Below are positions 1 through 8,083 of a DNA stretch of 64,000 nucleotides, piece after piece. A model generated the notes under the pieces. It saw only the letters and a list, made by a program, of their open reading frames with translations. It did no database searches and was not told the origin of the DNA. Each line of letters begins with the position of its first letter. Position 1 is the stretch's first letter. The DNA is from a bacterium (GTDB lineage: Bacteria > UBA10199 > 2-02-FULL-44-16 > JAAZCA01): positions 768,001-832,000 of the forward strand of contig CAXXGI010000002.1 in the NCBI GenBank assembly GCA_963674695.2, read 5' to 3'. The translations under genes were made by a program, and so were the position numbers.

Positions 1-1145
1 AGTCCATCGCGAAGTTTTTGGCCGACATCGTTTCGATCCCGTCGCTCTCCGGAAAGGAGAAGGCGGTCGTCGAACGCATCGGCGCTGAAATGGATGCCGC
101 CGGTTTTGACGAGGTGCGCGTCGATGGGTTGGGCTCGATCATCGGTCGCATCGGCAGCGGCAAGACGATCATCGCCATGGATGCCCACATCGACACGGTC
201 GACGTGGGCAATCCGGACAACTGGAGTTTCAAGCCGCATCAATCCTTCATCAAGGACGGCAAGGTCTGGGGGCGGGGGAGCGCCGATCAGAAGGGCGGCA
301 TGGCCTCGATGGTCTCTGCCGGAAAGATGATCAAGAAACTGGGGCTCGAAGGGGACTATACGCTGCTCGTCACCGGCACGGTGATGGAGGAGGACTGCGA
401 CGGCCTCTGTTGGGACTATCTCATCCGCGAGGAGAACGTCCGTCCCGATGTCTGTGTGATCACGGAACCCACGGGGCTCAAGATCTATCGTGGCCATCGC
501 GGCCGCATGGAGATCGAGGCGCGGGTCGCGGGCGTCTCCGCGCATGGCTCCGCACCCGAGCGGGGCGAGAATGCGATCTACAAGATGGCGCCGCTGATCA
601 CCGAGATCGAAAAGCTCAACGAGCGACTGAAGAAGGACGACTTCCTCGGCAAGGGGACGGTGGCCATGAGCGACATCCGCTCCACCTCGCCCTCGTTCTG
701 CGCGGTGGCCGACTCCTGTCGCGTCTACCTCGACCGGCGCCTCACCGCTGGCGAAACCAAGGAGACGGCGGTGGCCGAGATCAAGGCGATCGTCGAGGGT
801 GTCGGTGGGGTCGTGAGCATTCCCGTCTACAACCGCCCGGGCTACACGGGGAAGATCTTTCCGATGGAGAAGTATTATCCCACCTGGGTGATTCCCGAGG
901 AGCACCCGGCGGTGCAGGCGGCGGCGACGTCCTGCCGCGATCTCTTTGGGAGCGTACCGAAGATCGACAAGTGGACCTTCTCGACCAATGGCATCGCCCT
1001 CTGTGGTCTGCACGGCATTCCCTGTGTCGGCTTCGGTCCCGGCTTCGAGGAACAGGCCCACGCGCCGGACGAGTTCACCCCCACCGAACACCTCTGGAAG
1101 GCGTCAGCGTTCTACGCACAATTCCCGCAGGTGTACGGAGCGTGA
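1..1145 (+). CDS. ygeY: YgeY-family M20 metallo-hydrolase (5'-truncated by window edge)
   Basis: Frame is open from position 3 (SIAKFLADIV...). M20 motifs: DAHIDTV, GRGSADQKGG, MEEDCDG, HGSAPERG, AHAPDE. 'IYRGHRGRMEI' and 'KWTFSTNG' are typical of YgeY. Confidence 0.85.
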   Translation, partial: SIAKFLADIVSIPSLSGKEKAVVERIGAEMDAAGFDEVRVDGLGSIIGRIGSGKTIIAMDAHIDTVDVGNPDNWSFKPHQSFIKDGKVWGRGSADQKGGMASMVSAGKMIKKLGLEGDYTLLVTGTVMEEDCDGLCWDYLIREENVRPDVCVITEPTGLKIYRGHRGRMEIEARVAGVSAHGSAPERGENAIYKMAPLITEIEKLNERLKKDDFLGKGTVAMSDIRSTSPSFCAVADSCRVYLDRRLTAGETKETAVAEIKAIVEGVGGVVSIPVYNRPGYTGKIFPMEKYYPTWVIPEEHPAVQAAATSCRDLFGSVPKIDKWTFSTNGIALCGLHGIPCVGFGPGFEEQAHAPDEFTPTEHLWKASAFYAQFPQVYGA

Positions 1146-1206
1146 GGGTTTCCCCTCTTGTCTTGCACGAAGAATCGCGATACGTTTGCCGACACAGGAG
1201 GAGACC

Positions 1207-2223
1207 ATGGATCTCACATCGCTCAAGGGGAAACACTTCATCACGACGCAGGATTGGAGCAAGGCCGAGCTCGATCATGCGCTGGCGCAGTCGTTCGAGT
1301 TCAAGGAGCTTAAAAAAAGGAACGTCATCACCGACTGGCTTACCAACCAGACGCTCTTCATGATGTTCTTCGAGCAATCCACCCGTACGCGCAATTCGAT
1401 GGGCTGCGGTATCACGCAGCTCGGGGGCAATTCGCATGATCTGACCCCCGACAAGATGCAGCTTTCCCACGGCGAGAGCGCCAAGGACACGGCGATCGTC
1501 CTCTCGCGCATGGGATATGCGATCGCCTGCCGGAACTGTTTCTATGGGATCGGCAATGCGTACTTGCGCGAGATGGCCAAACACGCGACCATTCCGGTCA
1601 TGTCGCTGCAGGACGACTTCTATCACCCGATGCAGGTCATGGCCGATACGATGGTCATGCAGGAGAAGTTCGGCAAGGATCTCAAAGGCCTCAAGGTGAC
1701 GGTCAGCTGGGCCTACGCCGAGAGTCATGCCAAGCCGCTCTCCGTGCCGCAGTCACAGATTCTCATGTTCCCGCGCTATGGCATCGATGTGACGGTGGCC
1801 GCCCCGAAAGAATTTCCGCTGATGCCGGAGATCGTGAAGACCGCCGAGGCGAATGCCAAGGAGGGCGGCGGCAGCATCCGCTTCGTCGACGACATGGACG
1901 CCGGCTTTGAGGGCGCGCAGGTGGTCATCCCCAAGAACTGGGGCGGGTTCGCGCACTTCGATCGCTGGGAGGATTCCGACGCGCAGAAGAATGAAATGAA
2001 GGCCAATCTCGGCAAACATAAGGATTGGATCTGCGACGAGCGCAGGATGAAGCTTGCCGACCCCGACGTGAAATACATGCACGCCCTCCCGGCCGACCGC
2101 GGCCGCGAGGTAACCGACGCCGTGATCGACAACGAGAAGTGGTCGATCATCTACGACGAGGCGGAGAATCGCCTGCACACCGCAAAGGCCATCATGGCCC
2201 TCACGATGGGAGCCGCTCGATAG
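1207..2223 (+). CDS. Ornithine/aspartate carbamoyltransferase family protein, YgeW-like
   Basis: RBS AGGAGGAG then ATG 1207. STRT carbamoyl-phosphate motif, HPMQ, MHALPA, EAENRLH. 'SWAY...KPLSVPQ' segment resembles YgeW/knotted transcarbamylases. Adjacent to ygeY. Confidence 0.8.
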   Translation: MDLTSLKGKHFITTQDWSKAELDHALAQSFEFKELKKRNVITDWLTNQTLFMMFFEQSTRTRNSMGCGITQLGGNSHDLTPDKMQLSHGESAKDTAIVLSRMGYAIACRNCFYGIGNAYLREMAKHATIPVMSLQDDFYHPMQVMADTMVMQEKFGKDLKGLKVTVSWAYAESHAKPLSVPQSQILMFPRYGIDVTVAAPKEFPLMPEIVKTAEANAKEGGGSIRFVDDMDAGFEGAQVVIPKNWGGFAHFDRWEDSDAQKNEMKANLGKHKDWICDERRMKLADPDVKYMHALPADRGREVTDAVIDNEKWSIIYDEAENRLHTAKAIMALTMGAAR

Positions 2224-2356
2224 CAAAGGGCCGAGGGACGAAGGACGAAGAAGCTCTATCGTCCGAGATCCCGGAGTGATCGGTCGTCCTTCGTCTTAGC
2301 GAACGGAGTGAGCGATCGTCCATCATTCATGATATTTTCATCAAGCGGAGGTCTTT

Positions 2357-2578
2357 ATGGGTTTTTTCAAGATCAACACCGAGTATCTCACCGAAAAACG
2401 CGTGAAGTGGTATTTCCTCATCGACCTCATCCTCGGTGCGGCCGCCCTCGGCGTCGCCATGGAGCTCTATGGTACCAAGTGGTCGCTCATGTGCGCGGTC
2501 GTCTCCGTCATCTGTCTCGTCGATTCTTGCCTCTTGCGCTATGCGTATGAGGTCAAGAAGACAGTAGAAAATCGATGA
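2357..2578 (+). CDS. Small hypothetical membrane protein (2 TM)
   Basis: GGAGG RBS before ATG; 73 aa with two hydrophobic stretches. Confidence 0.6.
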   Translation: MGFFKINTEYLTEKRVKWYFLIDLILGAAALGVAMELYGTKWSLMCAVVSVICLVDSCLLRYAYEVKKTVENR

Positions 2579-2579
2579 T

Positions 2580-2707
2580 ATCTTTTTCGTATCACATGGA
2601 AATCACAGGCGAATTTTAGATATTGATTCATATGTGTATATATATGCATTACTGAATATATATTCGGTAATTGCTTTATATATCAAGCTGTTGTATTGTT
2701 TTTTTGT
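2580..2707 (+). promoter_or_regulatory. AT-rich promoter/operator region upstream of HTH gene
   Basis: Sharp AT-rich tract in a GC-rich genome, with short palindromes such as GAATATATATTC (2654-2665). Confidence 0.45.
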
Positions 2708-3403
2708 ATGGAAACGGTCGAGATAAGAGAGTTTCGTCTTCGTATCGGACGGGCGATTCGTTCCTTGAGGGAGAAGGAGGGGATCAGTTCGCGTTTTTTG
2801 GCCAAGGTTCTTGGCGTGACCCAGCCGACGATCTCCCGTATCGAAAACGGGACGACATCCCTATCCGCAGAACGCCTCTGTTTTCTCGCTCGCGTCTACA
2901 ATCGGCCGCTCTCCTCTTTTGTTGGCGAACAGAGTCCCCTGGTTCACAGCGAGGAGGATATCCTGCGTGCTGCAGCTGTTCATTTTGGAGCTCGTCATCT
3001 CAAGTGCAAGCGGACCATCGATGTGCACGAACACTACAAGACCTATGCTGATTTTCTTCGTGCGGCTTTGAGTGTTGTCGAACAGCCGCGTTTTGCTGCA
3101 GCTGTGGCAGCGACGCTCTATCAGCAGGCCGCGCATGACGCCATCAATGTTACGCGCATTATCACCAGCCTTCCCCATGAACGGCTTGTGGTGAACCTTC
3201 GCGAGCTTCTTCGATTCGTCATCGCCTGCGTTCCTTCGATTGATCGCTCTGCGACGGAAAAGCGGCGCGTGCGCTCAGTTCTGCAGAAGCTCAACCAGGC
3301 GCTTGGGCACGCATCGGAAGTGGAACAGGGGCACAGCGATGTTCCAGAGATGAGTGCTGCGTTTTTTATGCCATTCGTCAACGCGGAGTCCGCTCATGGA
3401 TGA
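2708..3403 (+). CDS. XRE-family HTH protein, putative antitoxin/regulator
   Basis: N-terminal HTH 'IRSLREKEGISSRFLAKVLGVTQPTISRIENG'; its 3' end overlaps the next start (ATGGATGA). Confidence 0.75.
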   Translation: METVEIREFRLRIGRAIRSLREKEGISSRFLAKVLGVTQPTISRIENGTTSLSAERLCFLARVYNRPLSSFVGEQSPLVHSEEDILRAAAVHFGARHLKCKRTIDVHEHYKTYADFLRAALSVVEQPRFAAAVAATLYQQAAHDAINVTRIITSLPHERLVVNLRELLRFVIACVPSIDRSATEKRRVRSVLQKLNQALGHASEVEQGHSDVPEMSAAFFMPFVNAESAHG

Positions 3404-4022
3404 TGCCTATGTCACATTCTTGAGGAATATTGATGCCGCCGTCCGGGAACGATTTCATCCCTTGCAACTCGAGCTGAGTATCGTCGGTTTTACGGCGCTT
3501 GCCCTTGCCGGGATGACGGATAGGGGGACCAAGGATATCGATGCCCTGAGGGGGGCTGCTTTTTTCGATGAGAAACAATCGGACGCCCTTGATTATCTTG
3601 TGGCTGAGTTTGGCCGGGGCAGTGCCGGTGCTCTTCGGTATGGAATGTACCTGGACCTCGTTCCACAGGAGATTATCTGGCTTCCGCCACACCCACGATT
3701 TCTCCCCGGATTTCGGTTGGATCATATCGAAGTGCGTCGACTCGATCCGATCGATGTGTGTGTTTCAAAAACCTTTTCGAACTTTCAAAGAAAGCAGGAT
3801 CGGGCAAACGACCGAACGGACATCATGCAGGCGTTGCATGAACAGATCATGTCTTTTGATAGCTACGTTTCCCGCCTGGATGAGTCGTTCCCTCGATACG
3901 AGTGTCATGCACAGGCGCCGGAGGTCTTTCCGCGCGTGATCGCTTTCATCGAAGAGATGCGACCCCTCTATGGCCAGGCTCGACTGAGTTATTCGATTCC
4001 AAGCTGGATGGAGAATATGTAG
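3396..4022 (+). CDS. Nucleotidyltransferase-fold protein (DUF6036/AbiEii-like), putative toxin
   Basis: 'IVGFTALALAG...RGTKDIDAL' matches the G-x-x-A...R-x-T-x-D-x-D signature; downstream 'SK...R.NDRTD'. Confidence 0.7.
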   Translation: MDDAYVTFLRNIDAAVRERFHPLQLELSIVGFTALALAGMTDRGTKDIDALRGAAFFDEKQSDALDYLVAEFGRGSAGALRYGMYLDLVPQEIIWLPPHPRFLPGFRLDHIEVRRLDPIDVCVSKTFSNFQRKQDRANDRTDIMQALHEQIMSFDSYVSRLDESFPRYECHAQAPEVFPRVIAFIEEMRPLYGQARLSYSIPSWMENM

Positions 4023-4073
4023 ATATCTTGATATCGATGGTTTTCTATGATCGTATCACGGAGAGGTTTTCAC

Positions 4074-5327
4074 ATGCCCGAAGAAGGTTATAACTCGCAG
4101 CAGGCGCTCCTGGAAGCTAACCGCTGTCTGATGTGCGCCGATGCCCCCTGCACCTGCGACTGCCCCGCAGGGGTGGATGCGCGCGCCTTCATCCGTAAGA
4201 TTCGGTTCGACAATCTCGATGGTGCGGTGCGTCTGCTCAAGCGCGCGAATGTGCTGGCCGCCTCCTGTGCGCGGATCTGTCCGACGGGAACGCTCTGTGC
4301 CAAGGGGTGCACGGCCGCGGGGCTTTCCACCCCGATCGACATCGGGGGACTGCAGCAGTTCGTGATGGATTGGGAGCGCGCCCACGGCATGATCGAACCG
4401 CGCGTTCCGGTTCAAAACGGCAGGCGCGTCGCGATCATCGGTTCCGGTCCGGCGGGGCTCGGGTGTGCCGCTGAACTTGCCATTCGCGGGCATATCGTCA
4501 CCGTCTTTGAGCGGCGCGACATGCTCGGCGGGATGCTTCGACGCTGCATCCCGGCCTTTCGCCTTCCCGACGATGTTCTCGACTTCGAAATCGCATTCCT
4601 CAAGAACCTCGGGATCGCGTTCGTGACGGAACACGAAGTTGCCGATCCGCGCGAGCTGCTCCAGAAGGACTTCGAGGCGGTCTTCCTCGCCACGGGTCTG
4701 CATCGCGCGCGCGGAGGAGATCTTGCCGGCATGGAGCTCTCCGGTGCCCATCAGGCGATCGACTACCTCCAGGCGGTCAAGGATGGCAATGCGCCCTCGA
4801 TCGGAAGGCGCGCTGTGGTCATCGGCGGTGGTGACACCGCGCTCGATGCCGCGCGTACAGCGCGTGCGCAGGGCGCCGAATGTTTCCTCCTGTACCGCAA
4901 GCCGCAGGCCGAGATGCCCGCCTATCCCAACGAAGTAGACGACGCCTGGAACGAGGGCGTCGAGTTCTACTTCCGTGTCGTCGTGCAGCAGATTCTCGGG
5001 AAGGAGAAGGTCGAAGGCGTGCGCTGTATGCGCGTGAAGTGGCAACCGAAGCAGGCGGGCGGCAAGCGCACATATGATGTCGAGGCGACGGCGTTCGACA
5101 TCGCCTGCGACGCGGTGCTCATGGCCATCGGCCAGGGGGCGGAGTCGACCTTCGAACTGGCGACGGCGCCGAACGCGCTGATCGCCGTCGATTCCGAGAT
5201 GATGACTTCGACGCCCGGCCTCTTCGCTGGAGGCGATGCGGTGATGGGCGGCGGTACCGCCGCACGCGCGGTGGGGCAGGGCCGCCTTGCGGCGACGCAC
5301 ATCGACGCGTTTGTGAAAGGATTGTAA
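4074..5327 (+). CDS. preT: Dihydropyrimidine dehydrogenase subunit PreT / GltD-like NAD(P)-FAD Fe-S oxidoreductase
   Basis: [13 protein letters not shown]...CP Fe-S motif, [20 protein letters not shown]; TAATG coupling to preA; GGAGAGG RBS. Confidence 0.85.
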   Translation: MPEEGYNSQQALLEANRCLMCADAPCTCDCPAGVDARAFIRKIRFDNLDGAVRLLKRANVLAASCARICPTGTLCAKGCTAAGLSTPIDIGGLQQFVMDWERAHGMIEPRVPVQNGRRVAIIGSGPAGLGCAAELAIRGHIVTVFERRDMLGGMLRRCIPAFRLPDDVLDFEIAFLKNLGIAFVTEHEVADPRELLQKDFEAVFLATGLHRARGGDLAGMELSGAHQAIDYLQAVKDGNAPSIGRRAVVIGGGDTALDAARTARAQGAECFLLYRKPQAEMPAYPNEVDDAWNEGVEFYFRVVVQQILGKEKVEGVRCMRVKWQPKQAGGKRTYDVEATAFDIACDAVLMAIGQGAESTFELATAPNALIAVDSEMMTSTPGLFAGGDAVMGGGTAARAVGQGRLAATHIDAFVKGL

Positions 5328-6538
5328 TGTATCCGGAACCCAAAGTTGATCTCAGCGTCTCTTTCTGTGGTGTTTCGTTTGCCAACCCCTTCATCCTCGC
5401 TGCGGCACCGCCTTCCGATGAGCAGGATATGGTCGCCGATGCCTTTCGCGCGGGGTGGGCCGGTGCGGTCCTCAAGACTGCGACGGTCGAGAGCGAACCG
5501 GTCGATCTCGTCTATCCGATGATGAGCGGCCTGGATGCAGGGCCCGAGCGCCTCATCGGTATGGGCAACATCGATCTGGTGAGCGAATACCATATCGACG
5601 TCGTCGAAAAGCGTATCGTCGAACTCAAAAAAGAATTTCCCGACAAGCGCGTCATCTGTTCGATCAGTGGCCAGTCCGAGGAAACCTGGAAGGAACTCGC
5701 GGCGCGGGCGGCGAGCGCGGGTGCCGATTGCATCGAGTGCAGCTTCTCCTGTCCGCAGGGGTCGATGGGCCTCAAGCCCGGCATGATGCTCGGCCAGGAT
5801 GCGGTCGCCAGTGCCAGTGCTGCCGGTTGGATCAAGGCGGCCTCAGGGGATGTGCCGGTCATCATCAAGCTCACCCCACAGGTCGCCGACATCGTCGAGA
5901 TCGTTCGCGCGGTCAAGGATGCGGGGGCCGATGCGGTCTGTCTCGGCAACACGATGCCCTCGCTCATGGGGGTTGATCCCGTGAGCTTCGTTCCGATTCC
6001 CAACGTCGGTGGCAAGTCGACCTATTCGGGGCTCTCCGGTTCTGCGGTCCGCCCGATCTCGCTGCGCGCATTGGCGCTCGCCTCCAAGGAGGTCGGCATT
6101 CCACTCGCGGGAAGCGGCGGGGCCATCACCTGGAAAGACGCGTTGGAATTTCTGCTGGTGGGCGCCACGGTCGTCGAGTTCTGTACGGCGGTCATGCACT
6201 ATGGCGTCGACATCATCGAGGATCTGACCGAAGGCCTGGCCTTTCACCTCGAACGCCGAGGCATCGCATCGGTGCAAGAGGTCATCGGCGCGGCCCTGCC
6301 TCACATCGTCGCGCACGAGGAGCTTCCACGCGATGGGAAGTGGCGTCCCGCCATCGATCTCGATCGGTGTGTGCGCTGCGACGCCTGCATGATCGCCTGC
6401 CGCGACGGCGGCCATCGTGCGATCACGGTCGATGCGGAGCGCACGCCGATCATCGACGACGAGAAGTGCGTCGGCTGCGCCCTCTGCTCGGTCATGTGCC
6501 CCGTGCGCTGTATCGAGATGCAGGAACAGGGAAAGTGA
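5327..6538 (+). CDS. preA: Dihydropyrimidine dehydrogenase subunit PreA (FMN, two 4Fe-4S)
   Basis: NPFILA, GWAGAVLKT, FSCPQG, IKLTP, GLSG.AVRPI; C-terminal CxxCxxCxxxC ferredoxin motifs with DGGH. Confidence 0.85.
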   Translation: MYPEPKVDLSVSFCGVSFANPFILAAAPPSDEQDMVADAFRAGWAGAVLKTATVESEPVDLVYPMMSGLDAGPERLIGMGNIDLVSEYHIDVVEKRIVELKKEFPDKRVICSISGQSEETWKELAARAASAGADCIECSFSCPQGSMGLKPGMMLGQDAVASASAAGWIKAASGDVPVIIKLTPQVADIVEIVRAVKDAGADAVCLGNTMPSLMGVDPVSFVPIPNVGGKSTYSGLSGSAVRPISLRALALASKEVGIPLAGSGGAITWKDALEFLLVGATVVEFCTAVMHYGVDIIEDLTEGLAFHLERRGIASVQEVIGAALPHIVAHEELPRDGKWRPAIDLDRCVRCDACMIACRDGGHRAITVDAERTPIIDDEKCVGCALCSVMCPVRCIEMQEQGK

Positions 6539-6549
6539 GCAGCTGTATG

Positions 6550-6639
6550 TGTCATCCCGAGCGAAGCCCGGAGGGCGCAGTCGAGGGATCTCATGAGATC
6601 CCTCCACGCGTTCGCGTTGCTCACTTGGTCGGGATGACA
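6550..6639. repeat. REP-like palindrome, TGTCAT...ATGACA family (variant)
   Basis: TGTCATCCCGA...TCGGGATGACA ends, internal GAGGGATCTC/GAGATCCCTC. Confidence 0.8.
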
Positions 6640-6706
6640 GCTCAAGCAGGTCGTTATCCACTTGATAGGTGGATCACCTGAATAGTTGCCAAAATGTTTA
6701 TAATGA

Positions 6707-6784
6707 GCCGCCGCGAGGGGAAATCATTTGCGTCTGGAACAAGCTTCATCTGTGAAGATGCAAATGATTTCCCCGGAAGGCGGC
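6707..6784 (+). repeat. Repeated structured hairpin element, copy 1 (upstream of thrC-like gene)
   Basis: GCCGCC-GCGA-GGGGAAATCATTTGC...GCAAATGATTTCCCC-GGAA-GGCGGC; homologous inverted copy at 9878-9954; begins just after TATAAT (6699-6704). Confidence 0.8.
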
Positions 6785-6814
6785 ATCAATAGCTGAGTTT
6801 TTAGAGGTGTTCTC

Positions 6815-8083
6815 ATGCGATCGTATCTCTTCGAATGTATCGACTGTCGCAAACACTACGCGCCGGATGAAGTCGAATATGTCTGTCCTGAGTGCGCGCG
6901 CGAGCAGCAACCGATGCAGCCGCTCAAGGGCTTGCTTCGTTGCATCTACGATTATGAATCGATCGCGCGGCAGTTCGATGCGGACCTGATCGCCAAGCGC
7001 GAAGAGCTGGGGTTCGATCGTTGGATGGAACTGTTGCCGCTCGAGTCGGCCGATGCATTGCCGCCGCTCATTACCGCGGCGACACCGCTGCGGCCGGCGC
7101 CGAAGTTGGGCGATCTGCTCGGGCTCGAAGAACTCTGGCTCAAGGATGACACGGGGCTGCCGACCGGATCCTTTAAGGACCGTGCCTCCGCGCTCGTGGT
7201 CGCCTGCGCCTATGAGCGTGATCGCGAGACGGTGGCTACCGCTTCTACAGGGAACGCCGCGACCGCGCTCGCCGGACAGTGTGCCTCGATGGAGATGGAG
7301 AGTGTCATCTTCGTGCCCGAGTCCGCGCCGATGGCGAAACTCACGCAGATCGCCGTCTATGGCGGAAAGCTCATTCCCGTGCGCGGCAGCTATGACGATT
7401 GTTTCGAGCTCTCGCTTGCGGCGTGTGAACGCTTCGGGTGGTATAACCGCAACACCGCTTACAATCCTTTCACGGTCGAGGGGAAGAAGACGGCGGCGCT
7501 CGAGATTTGGGAACAGCTCGAATTCGAAACGCCCGACTGGGTGATCGTACCCACGGGCGACGGCGTGATCCTGGCAGGGATCGAAAAGGGGTTCTCCGAT
7601 CTGGCTGCCCTGGGGCTCATCGAGCGTGTGCCGCGGCTTGCGGCCGTGCAGGCCGCTGGCTGTGCGCCGATCGTGGATGCCGTCGCGTCTGGATCGACCA
7701 CCATCATTCCGGAGATGAAGCCGGAGACGGTCGCCGATTCCATCCGTGTGGGCGTTCCGCGTGCAGGGCATTGGGCGCTTCAGGCGCTCGCCTCGACAAA
7801 CGGGGTAGCGGTGGCCGTCGACGACGAGGCGATCCTCGAAGCGATCGCGCTCATCGGTCGGAGCAGTGGTGTCTTTGCCGAACCGGCAGCGGCGGCATCG
7901 ATTGCGGGGGCGCAAAAACTTGCGCAGGATGGGATCATCGCTCCCGACGAGGTCGTGGTGGCGCTCATTACGGGCAACGGTCTCAAGGATGTTCCCGCGG
8001 CGGCAAAGGCGGTTTCCTTTCCGAAACCGATCGAAGCCACTATCGAAGGCGTTCAGGATTTCATCGATCAATCCGCAAAATAA
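6815..8083 (+). CDS. thrC: Threonine synthase-like PLP enzyme (fold type II) with N-terminal Zn ribbon
   Basis: CIDC...CPEC, PTGSFKDR (PLP lysine), ASTGNA, EGKKT, VPTGDG, TGNGLKD. Confidence 0.8.
   Translation: MRSYLFECIDCRKHYAPDEVEYVCPECAREQQPMQPLKGLLRCIYDYESIARQFDADLIAKREELGFDRWMELLPLESADALPPLITAATPLRPAPKLGDLLGLEELWLKDDTGLPTGSFKDRASALVVACAYERDRETVATASTGNAATALAGQCASMEMESVIFVPESAPMAKLTQIAVYGGKLIPVRGSYDDCFELSLAACERFGWYNRNTAYNPFTVEGKKTAALEIWEQLEFETPDWVIVPTGDGVILAGIEKGFSDLAALGLIERVPRLAAVQAAGCAPIVDAVASGSTTIIPEMKPETVADSIRVGVPRAGHWALQALASTNGVAVAVDDEAILEAIALIGRSSGVFAEPAAAASIAGAQKLAQDGIIAPDEVVVALITGNGLKDVPAAAKAVSFPKPIEATIEGVQDFIDQSAK

Noticed and set aside
1-1145. Selenoprotein or Sec recoding in the 'selenium-linked' ygeY region
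   Set aside because: No in-frame TGA within conserved domains.
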